Below are positions 47,877-60,050 of a stretch of 64,000 bases of DNA, one piece after another. Every line of letters starts with the position of its first letter. Positions within the stretch are counted from its first letter, which is position 1. Position numbers and translations under genes: made by a program. The DNA is from Hormiphora californensis (taxonomy: Eukaryota > Animalia > Ctenophora): positions 3,348,001 through 3,412,000 of the forward strand of contig CM035355.1 in assembly GCA_020137815.1 (NCBI GenBank). Direction: 5' to 3'. The notes under the pieces were generated by a model. It worked only from the letters and a program-made list of their open reading frames with translations, had not been told where the DNA came from and searched no databases.

Positions 47877-50069
47877 ATGTCTAGTTTTCCCAGTGCCACC
47901 CCAGACCACCACCACAACCAACCTACTTCACCCGACCAGCTGACTCCAACTGGATCGGAGCACGTGTTCGCCCCGTTCTCCATTCCTCCGAACCTGGAGG
48001 AGATCAGGCAGGTGTTCCGGTTGTTTGACAAGAACGGAGATGGGTGTATCTCACCAGAGGAACTCCTCAATACCATGAAGTAAGGGGAGTTTAGATATGA
48101 AGTTTAGATATGAAGTTTAGATATGAAGTTTAGATGTGAAATTTAGATATTGAAATTGATATATTGAAATTGATATATTAAGGAAGAAGATAATGTTGAA
48201 GAGGAGTTGGATATTTGAAGTTGAGATAGAGTTAAAAATGGTTATTTGTGTACAGTCGGACCCCGATTTAGTGACATCCTCAGGGGAAAGGGTTTTGTCC
48301 ACGAAATCGGGGTCAAATAATGTTAATTTCCTATATCAGGGAAAAAAATCCTGCCACTAAATCGGGGTGCCACTAAATCGGGGGCCACTAAATCGAGGTC
48401 CGACTGTAGTATATTCATTATTCATTCTCTCACTGTAGGTGTTGTGGATTAGAACCAACGGAGCATCAGATTAATGTTCTCGTTTCCAACGCAGACTCTA
48501 CTGGTTCAGGCACGGTATGTTTTATCAGTTCGTTATAATAGGCAATATTAGTGGGACCAATATATTCTATGCACTTGCCTATCGATATGTTATAATATGC
48601 TTCATTGATAAACGATCTTTGCAATATATTAGCTCTTTGACTCAAAACTTTACCGCTTTGCATTTAGGGGTCAGGGTAATTGAACATGAAAAGGCGTTCC
48701 AGTGGGGTAAAATATATTTACACCTTGATGAACAAAGACTGACCGTCTAAATCGTGAATTTCCCACGGCTAAAACAATGCTGTTCCTTTTGTTATTGATA
48801 ATGATATATCAAAGAATTTTGATAGAATTAACATATAAACGATCTTATATTTCTTTGTTCAAAACATCTCGTTTTTTAAATTTAATTGAAAACTATTCAG
48901 ATCGATTTTGAGGAGTTTGCTACGTTGTTAGGGGAACACAACTTCCTGACTGCTGATGATTTAAAGGATGCCTTCATTGTGTTCGATCAAGATGGAGATG
49001 GGTATATTGATGTAGATGAACTGGGAGCTTTTCTACAGGCAATAGGAGAAACAGTAACACCCGAACAGGTACACTGCACTAAATGTAAAATGAACTAAGT
49101 TAATGCTGAGGTCAATATATTCAATAAAACGAAGACAAAAATATTACACCGGAGATTTTCAAAGAGAAAAAAATAGAAAATTAAAGCGACACTCGAACGT
49201 GATTTGAGTATAGCATAGGATTATTTTCTGTACACTATAGGACCATAAATGATAAATCTACCAGGGCAATTAACACCTAAGGAATTTGCAAAGGCCACAC
49301 CTTACAACAATTCCCCATTCCAGCATTGAGCATGCACCTTGCGATTTCTCCACGGTATAGCGATTATAGTTTCCATATTAGTAGAGAAAGTTCCATGGTA
49401 GAAATCCCTTAAAATGCCCATGCCCCCTTTTGCTTGTTACAAACTAGGGTACGAGAATTTCAATAATTTCTTTTATTATTTAATTTTAAATGTGGAGTTT
49501 CTTGAAGTCCCAGGTCTGTCAAAATGCAAGGCATGTCGAAATTATCCGAATGGGAGTTAACTACCCCTTTCTGACAGCCTTCTACCGCCCCTTCTTCCTA
49601 GCCTAACCTTAATATAAAATGATCATCAAAATTGGTTCATATGCTCAGAAATGGCATTAATCCAGTAAAAACCTGTCAAATAAAAATAAATATTCATCCA
49701 ATCCTCCCGTCTCGACTGTTTCCTACATAAATTCATGTTGACATGCTAAACTTCACCCTTTTTCTAACAAGGTATGGGCTTTCCCGGACTACCGTAGCAC
49801 CTGGGTTACAAAATACAACGCATTATTGAAAGCCTTAATAACAGATTGACCGCGCCGATGGACGCTATATACTACTATACTCGGGACCTATAGATACACT
49901 TATGTATTCATAGGTCCTGTGGTGTCCACTTCCCTGAATCATACATCACATTCTACCCTATTTACAGGCGGCAGAGATGTTGAAAGAAGCAGACCTGAAT
50001 GGTGACGGACTAATTGATTATGAAGAGTTTTCTAAAATGATGCAGGCCCCCTCCCAACATCATCCTTGA
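47877..50069 (+). CDS. Calmodulin-like 4-EF-hand protein with N-terminal extension
   Basis: Exons ~47877-48079, 48440-48513, 48901-49068 and 49968-50069. EF loops DKNGDGCISPEE, DSTGSGTIDFEE, DQDGDGYIDVDE and DLNGDGLIDYEE. Too divergent to be calmodulin itself. Confidence 0.92.
48253..48406. mobile_element. pogo-type MITE, CAGTCGGACCCCGATTTA family (short, intronic)
   Basis: TA|CAGTCGGACCCCGATTTAG ... CTAAATCGAGGTCCGACTG|TA. Confidence 0.92.
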
Positions 50070-50716
50070 AAGAGAATTGGTATAGAGATGGCACCAGCCT
50101 TTACAGTTGCCATGACAACTGCACTAGAGTTATTGGCTCTCTCTCAAGGGTGCATCAGTTGTGTGATAAGAAACTCAACGCGTTCAATATATGTATCTGT
50201 GTTTGTGAGGGGCCTCACGTTATGCACTGCCATGAAGGCTCGATCTCAACATGCGATCATCAGCTGGACTTAGGAATCGTCTTGAATTCCATTTAATGTA
50301 GTTTGTGTGTACTGTAAACAGTAGGCAGTAGCTTAAAATCGTTACGTCTCAAGAGCGTGAGCTTTATTATTACGGATTACCCGCTGCATAATAATTTTGC
50401 AGAAGCTACCACTGCTCTTGATAAAATATTGTTGTTATTCCAAAAATATTATGTTACCAAGTTTCCAATCCAGAATATACAATTCTCAGCTCCTGCCAGT
50501 GACTTGTTTACCAGACTCATGTGTCCTAATTCCTGTTATATACAGGGGGCCTGCGGGGCACGTGCTGTATTAGGGAGTGCCATATAACTGATAAGACTAG
50601 GTAGACATGTGATCTCCTCTGCCGGCCCCCTCCTCCTGCCGACAATTACAGTGTTACTAATTCTGTGTTCTCCCCATTTTGTAGATGTACCACCGCCACA
50701 AGTTTGATATATCAAC

Positions 50717-51895
50717 ATGCTTTCCTTTCTACTTCTGATATCCTTTCTTAAAACTACAACTGCCGCCATCACCTGCCCCTCAGTGAACAGTATAACACCG
50801 GTATACGGTGCGGGGGTGAAGAATATTACCGCCACAGCCTCGGACAACAACGTGGGCTCAATATACAATTTCTGGTGCTCAAAGTACCTTGATTTGGTGC
50901 CGGTGGACCCCCGGTGGAGGCGGTGTCAGGAGGATGGCACCTGGTCAGGTCCAGATCATGTTTGTGTACCGAAACCCGATGCGAGATGTGAGGAGTTGGT
51001 CCTCCCCGATCATGTTGTGACAGATCCACCACTGCAGTCGGAGTACCTACTGTACACTGTGTTGGGACTGAGTTGTGAACGGGGATGGAGGGGAGTTGGT
51101 AACTCCACCCTTCAATGCAACTACATGGGGAAGTGGAATCTGAATTTCACGTGTCAACCAGTTTGCCTTACCGAGGATTTACCTGTGGGAACGGTAGCAC
51201 CAGCAGGCCCTGTCCAGTACAGAGTGGGGGATAGTATACATGTCTCGTGTGTAGAGGGGTATTTCCCTACTACAAACGATACCGACCTAGCCACCTGTAC
51301 TGACGAGAGGGTGTGGCAGGGGGCATCCTGTCGCCCTGGATGTGACACTAAAAATCTTGATGAAGGAGTAGTAATCGACGAAGTTGGTGCAACACGTTAT
51401 GTTGAAGCCAATACGAGTGTGATATTGGCATGTGAAAATGGGTATAGACAGTCTGGGTCTGAGGAGGGTGTGTGTGATGCGGGGGGAGAGTGGCAAACGA
51501 CAATATCCTGCTGTAAGACATGTCCATCCTTCCAACCCTACTTGGAGGTTGAGTTTTGTGAGGGAGAGACCTTGTCAGCGGGCCCAGATATCACACTCTC
51601 ATGTTTGGAGTGTTCGGGGGAGTTGATTTGGAGGACTGACGGGGATTGCAGCACTTCAAACTCGATATTTTCACTTCAGAACTATTTATATTGGGGGACC
51701 ATAGCTGCTTTAGTGACAGTATTAGCGCCGTTGGTGATAGTTTATGTTAGGCATAAAACATGTAGAAATAAGGTAGTAACTAATTCAGAACTCGTAACGG
51801 TAAAACCGGCTAGCAAAGAGTTTATAATCGTGAACAATTATTTGAATAATGACGGCAATTATCATCATATAATTAGTAGAGAAGAGTCGTTTTGA
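50717..51895 (+). CDS. Sushi/CCP-domain type I membrane protein (4 CCP modules), single coding exon, 392 aa
   Basis: Signal peptide, then CCP motifs RRCQEDGTWSGPDHVC, LQCNYMGKWNLNFTC, ATCTDERVWQGASC and GVCDAGGEWQTTISC. TM YWGTIAALVTVLAPLVIVYV. Confidence 0.92.
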   Translation: MLSFLLLISFLKTTTAAITCPSVNSITPVYGAGVKNITATASDNNVGSIYNFWCSKYLDLVPVDPRWRRCQEDGTWSGPDHVCVPKPDARCEELVLPDHVVTDPPLQSEYLLYTVLGLSCERGWRGVGNSTLQCNYMGKWNLNFTCQPVCLTEDLPVGTVAPAGPVQYRVGDSIHVSCVEGYFPTTNDTDLATCTDERVWQGASCRPGCDTKNLDEGVVIDEVGATRYVEANTSVILACENGYRQSGSEEGVCDAGGEWQTTISCCKTCPSFQPYLEVEFCEGETLSAGPDITLSCLECSGELIWRTDGDCSTSNSIFSLQNYLYWGTIAALVTVLAPLVIVYVRHKTCRNKVVTNSELVTVKPASKEFIIVNNYLNNDGNYHHIISREESF

Positions 51896-52206
51896 GAGAA
51901 AATATGTTGTATTTTTTTGGAATTTTGTAGCGTATTCTTATATAGGTAGTCATAAACATAGTTTTTATAAACCATTTCGTAAAACCAGCTGTTATGAACT
52001 TGTATGCGTCTGTAAAGAACTATAATATTCTAGAAGGGTTGGGCTTCCACGTATGGGACCAATTCATTAGTCACGGGACCACGGGTTTGGTTTGAAACAC
52101 GTTTAAAACAAAGTGTGCCGGTCCTGTTTTTACTGATAAAGCCACGTCCCATGCGTCACAGTATCATAATGAGTCATTTCACTGGAAATGCCGACTCATG
52201 TGACTA

Positions 52207-53182
52207 CAGTCGGACCCCGATTTAGTGGCCCCCGATTTAGTGGCACCCCGATTTAGTGGCACGAGTTTTTTCCCCCAAAAATCTTTTGAATTTTTTTTTG
52301 TGAAATTTTTTTTGAAAATTTTTCAAAGGAATACCAGCCACGTCCAAATCGTGTTTCGAATCAGTGAATCTTATCCCATATCCTGCTGCTAATTAGACGG
52401 TTCGGAACGAACCGATACGTGATCCCCATGGGGCCATTGAATCACAAGGTCACCAAGAGTCAAGATTTCGATTCGATGGGGATCACGTTCCGAACCGTCT
52501 AATTAGCAGCAGGACATGCGATAAGATGCACCGATTCGAAACACGATTCGGACGTGGCTGGTATACTTTTTAAAAAATTTTAAAACTTTTTTTGCAAAAT
52601 TTTACAGTACGATTGTCAATGCTTTGATCGGTGCTCCCCATAAATTTTGAGAGAAAAAGTTATTTTGAAATTTTGATACTTCCTCACCCGCTTAGGGTGC
52701 CCCGATTCGGCATGGTATCACGTATCGGTTCGTTTCGAACCTGCTAATTAGACAGGACATCCAGTAAGCTGCACCGATTCGAAACACAAATCGGACGGGC
52801 TGGTATAACTTAGAAAATTTTTCACATTTTTTTTGAAAAAATTATTTTAAAGTTTTCTATTTCTAATCAGAAATTATCATGTCATCAATACATGAATATT
52901 GCGTATAACAGTTAGAGGTGTTTTTAGTCTTAGTATAGCATTTTGGGCATAAAATAGGTTTTTATGGGCCAAATATGGATCTCCCCGATTTAGTGGCACC
53001 CCGATTTAGTGGCAGGATTTTTTCCCCCGAGGATGCCACTAAATCGGGGTCCGACTGTATAGCATTTTGGGCATAAAATAGGTTTTTATGGGCCAAATAT
53101 GGATCTCCCCGATTTAGTGGCACCCCGATTTAGTGGCAGGATTTTTTTCCCCCGAGGATGCCACTAAATCGGGGTCCGACTG
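52207..53182. mobile_element. pogo-type MITE (long copy 52207-53057) with tandem duplication of its right end (53058-53182)
   Basis: TA|CAGTCGGACCCCG...CGGGGTCCGACTG|TA, then a second ~125-bp copy of the terminal segment, also ending GACTG|TA. Confidence 0.93.
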
Positions 53183-54068
53183 TACTAATACGATATGCAC
53201 CCTCTGTTTTACAATGTGCTTCACGTGAGCGACATAGGCCGGCCAAGTCCAATAATTCACATGATTCGTGTTGTGGGGGAACAGCAAATAAAAAGCCTAC
53301 GGTATGCCATAACTAGAAGTAGAAAATTCCGGGAACAACAAACATCTCTATAATTTCTCTGAAATGGTTTCGTTTCAAGTTATTAACCTCTCGACCGTTA
53401 TAGCCTATAGATCATGTTTATGGTCCAATCATTTGGGTTCCCAGACCCTCACATAAGCATCTACCTTGTTCATCTTCCTTATACTCTCTGTACTACTTCA
53501 TCCCTCTACTGAATAAAGGAGACAATGGGGGCTCTAGCCAAAAAGGAGCCCCCTTATCCGGGTTAAGCCCTATAGTCCTCCCCCTCGAGTTGTACTAGAG
53601 GTATAGAACTAGCTCTTTCCCTCCCTCTCCATTGTGAGCTCACACAAAAACACACAGAGGGACAGAGGTTAACCTTGGGTACTGCAGTCTTGGCATACAA
53701 ACACACACTCACTCTCTGTGTGTATCATATACTCTGTGTTTTGCTGCAGTCTCCTATTATAACAATGTCAATCCCTGCAATCCCTGCAATTACTCGAGTT
53801 AATTTCATGTTTAGACCACACAATTGTGGAGAAACTTTTGTTGATGCAATTCGGTTTCTGAGTTTCTCGTTCTAATTTCATCATGAATCATCACCACATT
53901 TTCCCACTACGTGTCACCACAGTTTGTGTTTCTGTTATTCGGCTGTAAAACATTGCGGTTGGTAAACTTCGACGCCCTGGCACTCTGGCAGCTGGGTCTT
54001 TATGGCCCATATGGTGATACAGTTTAGTTACACCTATATTTATTAGCCGGATATCACGGTTTGTGATC

Positions 54069-57000
54069 ATGGCTGTCACGGTTCCATTAGATAACCCAGC
54101 TTTTGTGAGAAGTACCCACGCCCAGTTCTTGGCGTGTCTGCTACACGTGAGCAGTTCAGTATTGTGGCTGGTAGCTCTCAGCTCTCCCGACTGGAGTAGA
54201 GGCACTTTCAGGTAATAAACTTAAGAAGTCCAAAATACAGTTGTATTGTTTAGTTGTGAATTGTTACTATTCTGGATATACGCCCAATATACTCTCAACT
54301 AAAAGGCGCATCAACACTGAACACATGGACTTTGAGTTTGATTTAGATATTCCAAGAGAACATGATATAAATATCTCTCTGATTGCAGTTTTGAGCCGGC
54401 ACGGTTAGCAGTTCATACGGTGGGGGTATGGAAGACGTGTACTACATACATGAACTATGAACCCTATGACAAAGTTTGGAAGTCTACCACTGGACCTTGT
54501 TGGGCTACTAGCAGTGAGTTGGGTCTCAGCCATGTTTTGCCTTTTAGTTTCAATGTTTCAATGTTTCTGTTGTTATGCCTCTGTTTCGCTCTTTGTCAAT
54601 GTCATCTAATCAGGTAGAATAATCAAGTCTGTTTCGCTGCCAATATTTTGTTTGATGTCTCGACTATTACAACAACTTCCGCCCCAGGATATTTGTACGT
54701 ACGGATGATCGAAGTTAGCAGTGTCCTCTCCTTTGTGAGCTGTCTCTGGATTGTAGTTATCTGCAGCCTCTTTGCAGTCTCCTACACCTCAATGACGTGG
54801 CGCCCATTCGTCAAACAAGCCGCCCTACCTGGATCCAAAGTCCTGCAAAGTAAGGATTTGTTTTAATAATTATTGAATGAATTGTCGACAAATTGAGAGA
54901 AGGAACACTCCTGTTCGGAGAATTAAATCGGACGTTGCCTCCAAATAATTTACCGAATATGGAATTTTTCTTTTCTCTTTCTCCAGTTGACAGTTAACTG
55001 CATTTGACATTAGAAGTCATTTCCTCACGGGCAAGGAATAGCGATATATATATAATTATACTTTAAAGTATACTTTAAAGTATACATATGAAGCAAAGCC
55101 ACGCCAACATCTTGGCTAATGGCTTCCCTTGAAACTGTCAAGATGACAGCTCACATCATAACATCATGACAAATATGTCTCATCATGCTTTATCTGAGGG
55201 AAGTTTATCTTGTCCACCACAACGTTTATCACATCAAGATCTCCTTCACCATATTAGTTCAAAATATCAAGATCTTTCACATCGTGCGTTTATGTTGCAG
55301 TGTTGACGGCCCTGGGGATGATAGTAACGTTCAGTCAGGTGACAGACATACACTCAAATACTCGGTTATGGGCTCGACACCTCGCCATGGCAACCGTTGT
55401 CTTTCACGCTATTGAGGTGAGTGATATACCTTGTCTTGGTCACATACCTTGACTTGGTCACATACTTTGTCTTGGTCATCTTGTCAAGCTGTCAGATCTA
55501 GTCAACCTGTCAGATCTAGTCAATTCATGTCGACAGAAGTCAGATGAAGTATGCCAACTTGAAAGTTGCACCACCAAAATGATTAATATCATTCTAGGTG
55601 TTGTTCTTGTTGTGTATAGGGTTGGCCTACAAGACCTGGAGACGAAGTATCCGGGATATGGTGGGAGATATCAGTGTAGCCATTGCAGGTATTATACCGA
55701 GATTAGGTAGCCCTTTCGTTACAACTTACACTTACTGTCTGGCGGCGCCAGACCCCGATTTGATTCTCGAATGGGGGTGAGACTGGGTGCTCAGATGGGG
55801 TCCGCGGCGCCAGACAGTTTCGTTGTGTGTGTGTGAGTATCTTCACATGTCATTCTCATGCCATTCTCTAGTGAGTATCCTTGATGACCGTACTGGAACG
55901 TTCGAGCGAGCACAGCCCAATTGCTATTATACGACTTGATTCACTTCGACGCGTCTTACAAATTTCATATAGTCAAGGTTAAAAGTATACGACTCACTTT
56001 TTGCGAAAGTGGGTGAGGCTCGCCGCTGCAGTATTCATTTTGTCACTGCCAGACATGATGTCATAATATACAACTGGTGTGATATAAAAGTGATGTTATA
56101 ATAAATGCAGGTGTAGACATGATTCACTTCGTGGTTGTCATAATTCAATTGAATTTCTATGTCTCATGTCACGTAATCTAGGGTTGTCAAGGGAACCGTA
56201 GGTGATTCTTGTTGTGCAATAATAAAACAGATAGGAGTTCTAGAATATACGGAGAAGAATATAGACTAGCTAAGCTATGTCGCGACAAACTATTAAACCC
56301 TCTATGAGTCATTAACTATTGAGTAACGGGAGTGGTTCGACCCAGTTCCTTACTCAACAATTCTTGATGTCATAGCTTCAGAAGGAATTATGCATTGTCA
56401 TAGTTGAAATCCCCTGACGTGCTATATACTGGCACGTATAATAACCCTGGTTCTCAATGCAACACGAATCAACCAGTCCTTAGCACGAGCCTGTAAATTT
56501 AGATTGAAATCCAGAAATAAATATCCATGAACCCTCCCCTCCAGGTCGACGGGTAGGACCATCAGGTGGTGTTGGTATTGCAGCTCCCCACGAGATGACT
56601 GGGGTTGAGTTCAGCGAAGTTACGGTAAACAGAGGGGCAGTAGCTGCTGGGGATCAGGAGTTGTGTCATGAGGATGAACTCGCTAATCACTCCCCACGAA
56701 CAGGTATCACTTTGAAAATTAAATTGTTTTGAAGTCAAGATAATAAAATCTTCAAGATCTTGCCTCCTTAAATCTTTGACTCATAATTAATTTATTTAAT
56801 AGCTAACTTAATATTGACTTTATTCTTCAGCATGCAAGTTGGGTACCTATCCTGAATTGCTGGGAAGCATCTTCGGAAAACCTAAATCTCAACAACAAAG
56901 AACCCGAAGACAATTACCCTCACCTCCCACAACAACCCACACCCCAGATGATGAACAGCTCGACTACGATCTGGATCTCCCCGATCCACCAACTTCAACC

Positions 57001-57216
57001 TACAGTCCCCGGGAAGCTGAACTGACGGCATCAGTAAAACCCAAACGGTCCCTTCCTGAACCCCCTCCCACCGCCCCGGCACTCCCAGTAGAAGAGCCAA
57101 TGGTGATCTCCAATGAGGTCGCTGTCGAGACTCTGGATTTGAAGAAGCGGGTGAAGGAAGTTAGGATTGTCGAGAAAGACTTGGGTGATATGAAACTTGA
57201 GAACTTTTCAGCTTAG
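54069..57216 (+). CDS. Claudin/PMP22/EMP-superfamily tetraspan protein with long Pro-rich cytoplasmic tail
   Basis: 7 in-phase exons (~54069-54210, 54389-54513, 54688-54849, 55301-55416, 55598-55688, 56545-56703, 56831-57216). TM1 is followed by ALSSPDW, and ECL1 GVWKTC...GPCW fits the W-GLW-C-C signature. Three further hydrophobic segments follow. The start codon is tentative. Confidence 0.78.
55734..55818. mobile_element. Micro-MITE, ACTGTCTGGCG/CGCCAGACAGT family
   Basis: 11-bp TIR. Related copies at ~63010-63048 (internally deleted) and ~17223-17332 (diverged, opposite orientation). Confidence 0.65.
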
Positions 57217-59070
57217 AATTGTTTGATGTTGACGATATTTGTTATTTTATGTCTAGACTCTGCCTAGACAAGAGGTCAAGGCAGCAAGGCCAAGGGCCAA
57301 GGCTTATGCAGTAGAAGTTACAGTAGCATACCCGATGTGTATTATAAAATGATTTTTAAAAACCGGTTTTACAAAATCTGTCCTTTTTAATTTGCTTTAT
57401 CCCATGATATATGCTTCCATGCCCCTGAGATAAGGTATTATTTTAAGCCCTAAAATTAACTGATAACACGGTTTGCAGAGCCAGGAATATTCCTGAAAGC
57501 ATGCTCGTGGGCTATCTTGTTGTGTAAGCCGGGGGAGGGGCTATCACCATTGTAAATAAAGCTCTCAGCCAAGCCAGGAGAGGAAAGACTGATGTAATTC
57601 AACCAGGTAATTCGGCCTTGCAGGTAGACAAGCTGTCATTCCCCTTATTTTCGTGGTTACGTAAGGGGATTGCCATGATGTAAGGGAAGTGGTAATCCTG
57701 AAGGAATAATGCTCAGTCTGTAAATTCCAATAATTAAGAGGTAGTTGAGTTAAACAGTTTACCTTCAGGAGCAAAATTGAGCAATTTGGGCGTTAACTAC
57801 AATTCGTCTCGGGGAACTTAGTAGAGCTAAATTATCTAGTTAATATATGACATATGATATGACCCCTTCGTTCAATCTATATCTTCTAACTGCATATCTT
57901 TTTCCAATGAAAGTGGAAGAAGATCATCATCGCTCAGAAAGCACGTCATGCGATGACGTCGTCATAGTAGAAATCGCGTGATCTCCATGGGGTAGATGTA
58001 ATTGGGATGGGGTGAATGATTCACTGATTCAGGGCAGCAATGATTCTATAACGACTTTTAGTCGAGACTGATCCTATCATTTGTAGGTACCACCTAATAT
58101 AACCATTGTCATTAAATGAGTTATAAATTTTATAACTCATGGCTTTAACTCATAGCTTGATGCTTTGTACTGCACCAACTCCATCCTATATAATACTTCA
58201 CTACTTCAGTAAAATGAAACGTTCGAGTTTCTGGTAAGGTTTCGTGTGATTGAAAATCAATCACACGTAAAGAATGCCTGAGAAACAACCTAGGAGGGCT
58301 CATATAGGGCGGGGTGATAAGATCACCATGACGCGTTCAGATCTAGTGAAGCGTACCATGCGGGTTGAATTGTTCGTTTAATGTGGTGATAGTTGTTACT
58401 TCTACTCCGAGCCACAAGGGAATATCGTTGTGGTGAGACCGAGACGATTAGTGATCTCCGCGGGCGCTAACAAATCCAAGTCTCGACCAAGAAACTCGAA
58501 TAAAATGTAGCGATATATAGTCTGCTTATTTTGAACGAGACACATAAAATATTCTTCGAAGAATTCGATAGAATAGAAGATCTTCTATAGAGCATAGTTA
58601 ACTAGTACAGCAGTAATATTTGTCATTTGCCCAGCTCCCTAGTCACAGTTTTAATTATATAGTTAGCTATACAGCTATAATAGGGCACTGATGCATCATT
58701 CAGCCCTGCACAGCAGGTTATGATTAAATTTTCTTTCTGCTCTGTACGATTTGAGCTCAGCTGCTATAATACTACTACCGGCTATACTATTCTGCTGGAA
58801 TATTTGGCCAGATCTTTAGTCTTCCCAACACCGGCCTCTCGGCTAATCTGCTATTTAGCCTCCACTGGCTCAACTTATTATAGCTGTGTAGTGCCTCTTT
58901 CATGTTTAATCTGCAATAGTGGGGCGTTGGAAAGAGTTTAGACCATTTTGGCATTTCCAAACAGCACATCTTTGACTACCGTAGAAACAGTCCCTTGAGC
59001 CTATTCAATGAGAATTTGAAATATTTTTTTGCATATTTTAATTCGAATCTCTCTCTTCCAAGAACCCGAT

Positions 59071-60050
59071 ATGATGATGAAGTTCCTTATTTTCCTGGTG
59101 GTCCTACTCTCCATCTCTTCTGGGTGTGAATTCCCGGTTCCAAACGAGGAGAACCTCTGCGATTCTGGTAAGTTCTGTCAGACCAATTCTCTGACCACAG
59201 GGTCAGGCCAATGCTCTGACAGGGTAAGTTAGTATGCGGGTAAATTAGTAAGTTGACGCAATTCGGCCTTCGGCATATTTTATTTCTACCCGAAATCATG
59301 GAAATGTTTCCCTACAGGATTCATGGCGATCAACCCTCAACGGTTTATTGGCTCAAAAGACTCTGATAAGATGATGCTCATCAGTGATAGTGAATCCGAG
59401 GGAAAATGGTACTATCAGTCCCGGGAGAATCCTGGACGAAAGCCAAGAAAGGTAGGCTGTTATATTTCTCCTATTTACTTCACAGTTTTCCTTGAATTGT
59501 TCAGTGTCAGGCGGCTCAAACTTTTTCATGGTGTCATAACTAGAATGTTCTGTCTCAAATTGTAACATGCTAGTTAAAATTTAACTTAAATTGGGACTTG
59601 TTGGCATGGTAACCGATTCTTTTCCAGAAAGTTTTATTTTGAAATTTGAAAAGATTGCAAGAATCTCTTCTCCATGCAATGAATTGCTAGAATTACTAAA
59701 TTTCCATGTCCAGGTTCAGAGGGTGGTTAAGTCGGCTGAGTGGCAATCTGAAGACAGTGGCGTGAAGGGTGATTCATTCCGATACACTCACACACTCACT
59801 GCCGAGGAGTTTCTACCAGGTAAGAACACGTCAAAAATGTTGATAAAATTGAGTCTGAAATTATGCCAGTCACATAATGGTATGCTAGATTTCCCCCTGT
59901 TAATTGGCAGAATTAAAAGGTGTTATGTGACAGGACGCATTTTTAACGTTCATAAATTTCATTTCAGGAGTTTACAAATTTGTTGGTGACGACGGAAAAG
60001 GCCTGCAGTTTTTACGTTTACTGAAATCAGCACCAACAGAGACTCAATGA
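59071..60050 (+). CDS. Small secreted protein of unknown function (~139 aa, 4 exons)
   Basis: Signal peptide MMMKFLIFLVVLLSISSG. Exons ~59071-59167, 59318-59451, 59714-59819 and 59968-60050 join in phase (...NLCDSG|FMAINPQ...KPRK|VQRVV...FLPG|VYKFVG...TETQ*). Confidence 0.7.

Noticed and set aside
47877-50069. Ca2+-activated photoprotein or canonical calmodulin
   Set aside because: Four calmodulin-spaced EF hands, without photoprotein-type N-terminal or Trp/His signatures. The sequence is far from the near-invariant calmodulin.
50069-50717. Operon link between the calmodulin-like and sushi genes
   Set aside because: The spacer is ~650 bp with TATA-like motifs and a plausible cis donor (~50600) for the acceptor at ~50684.
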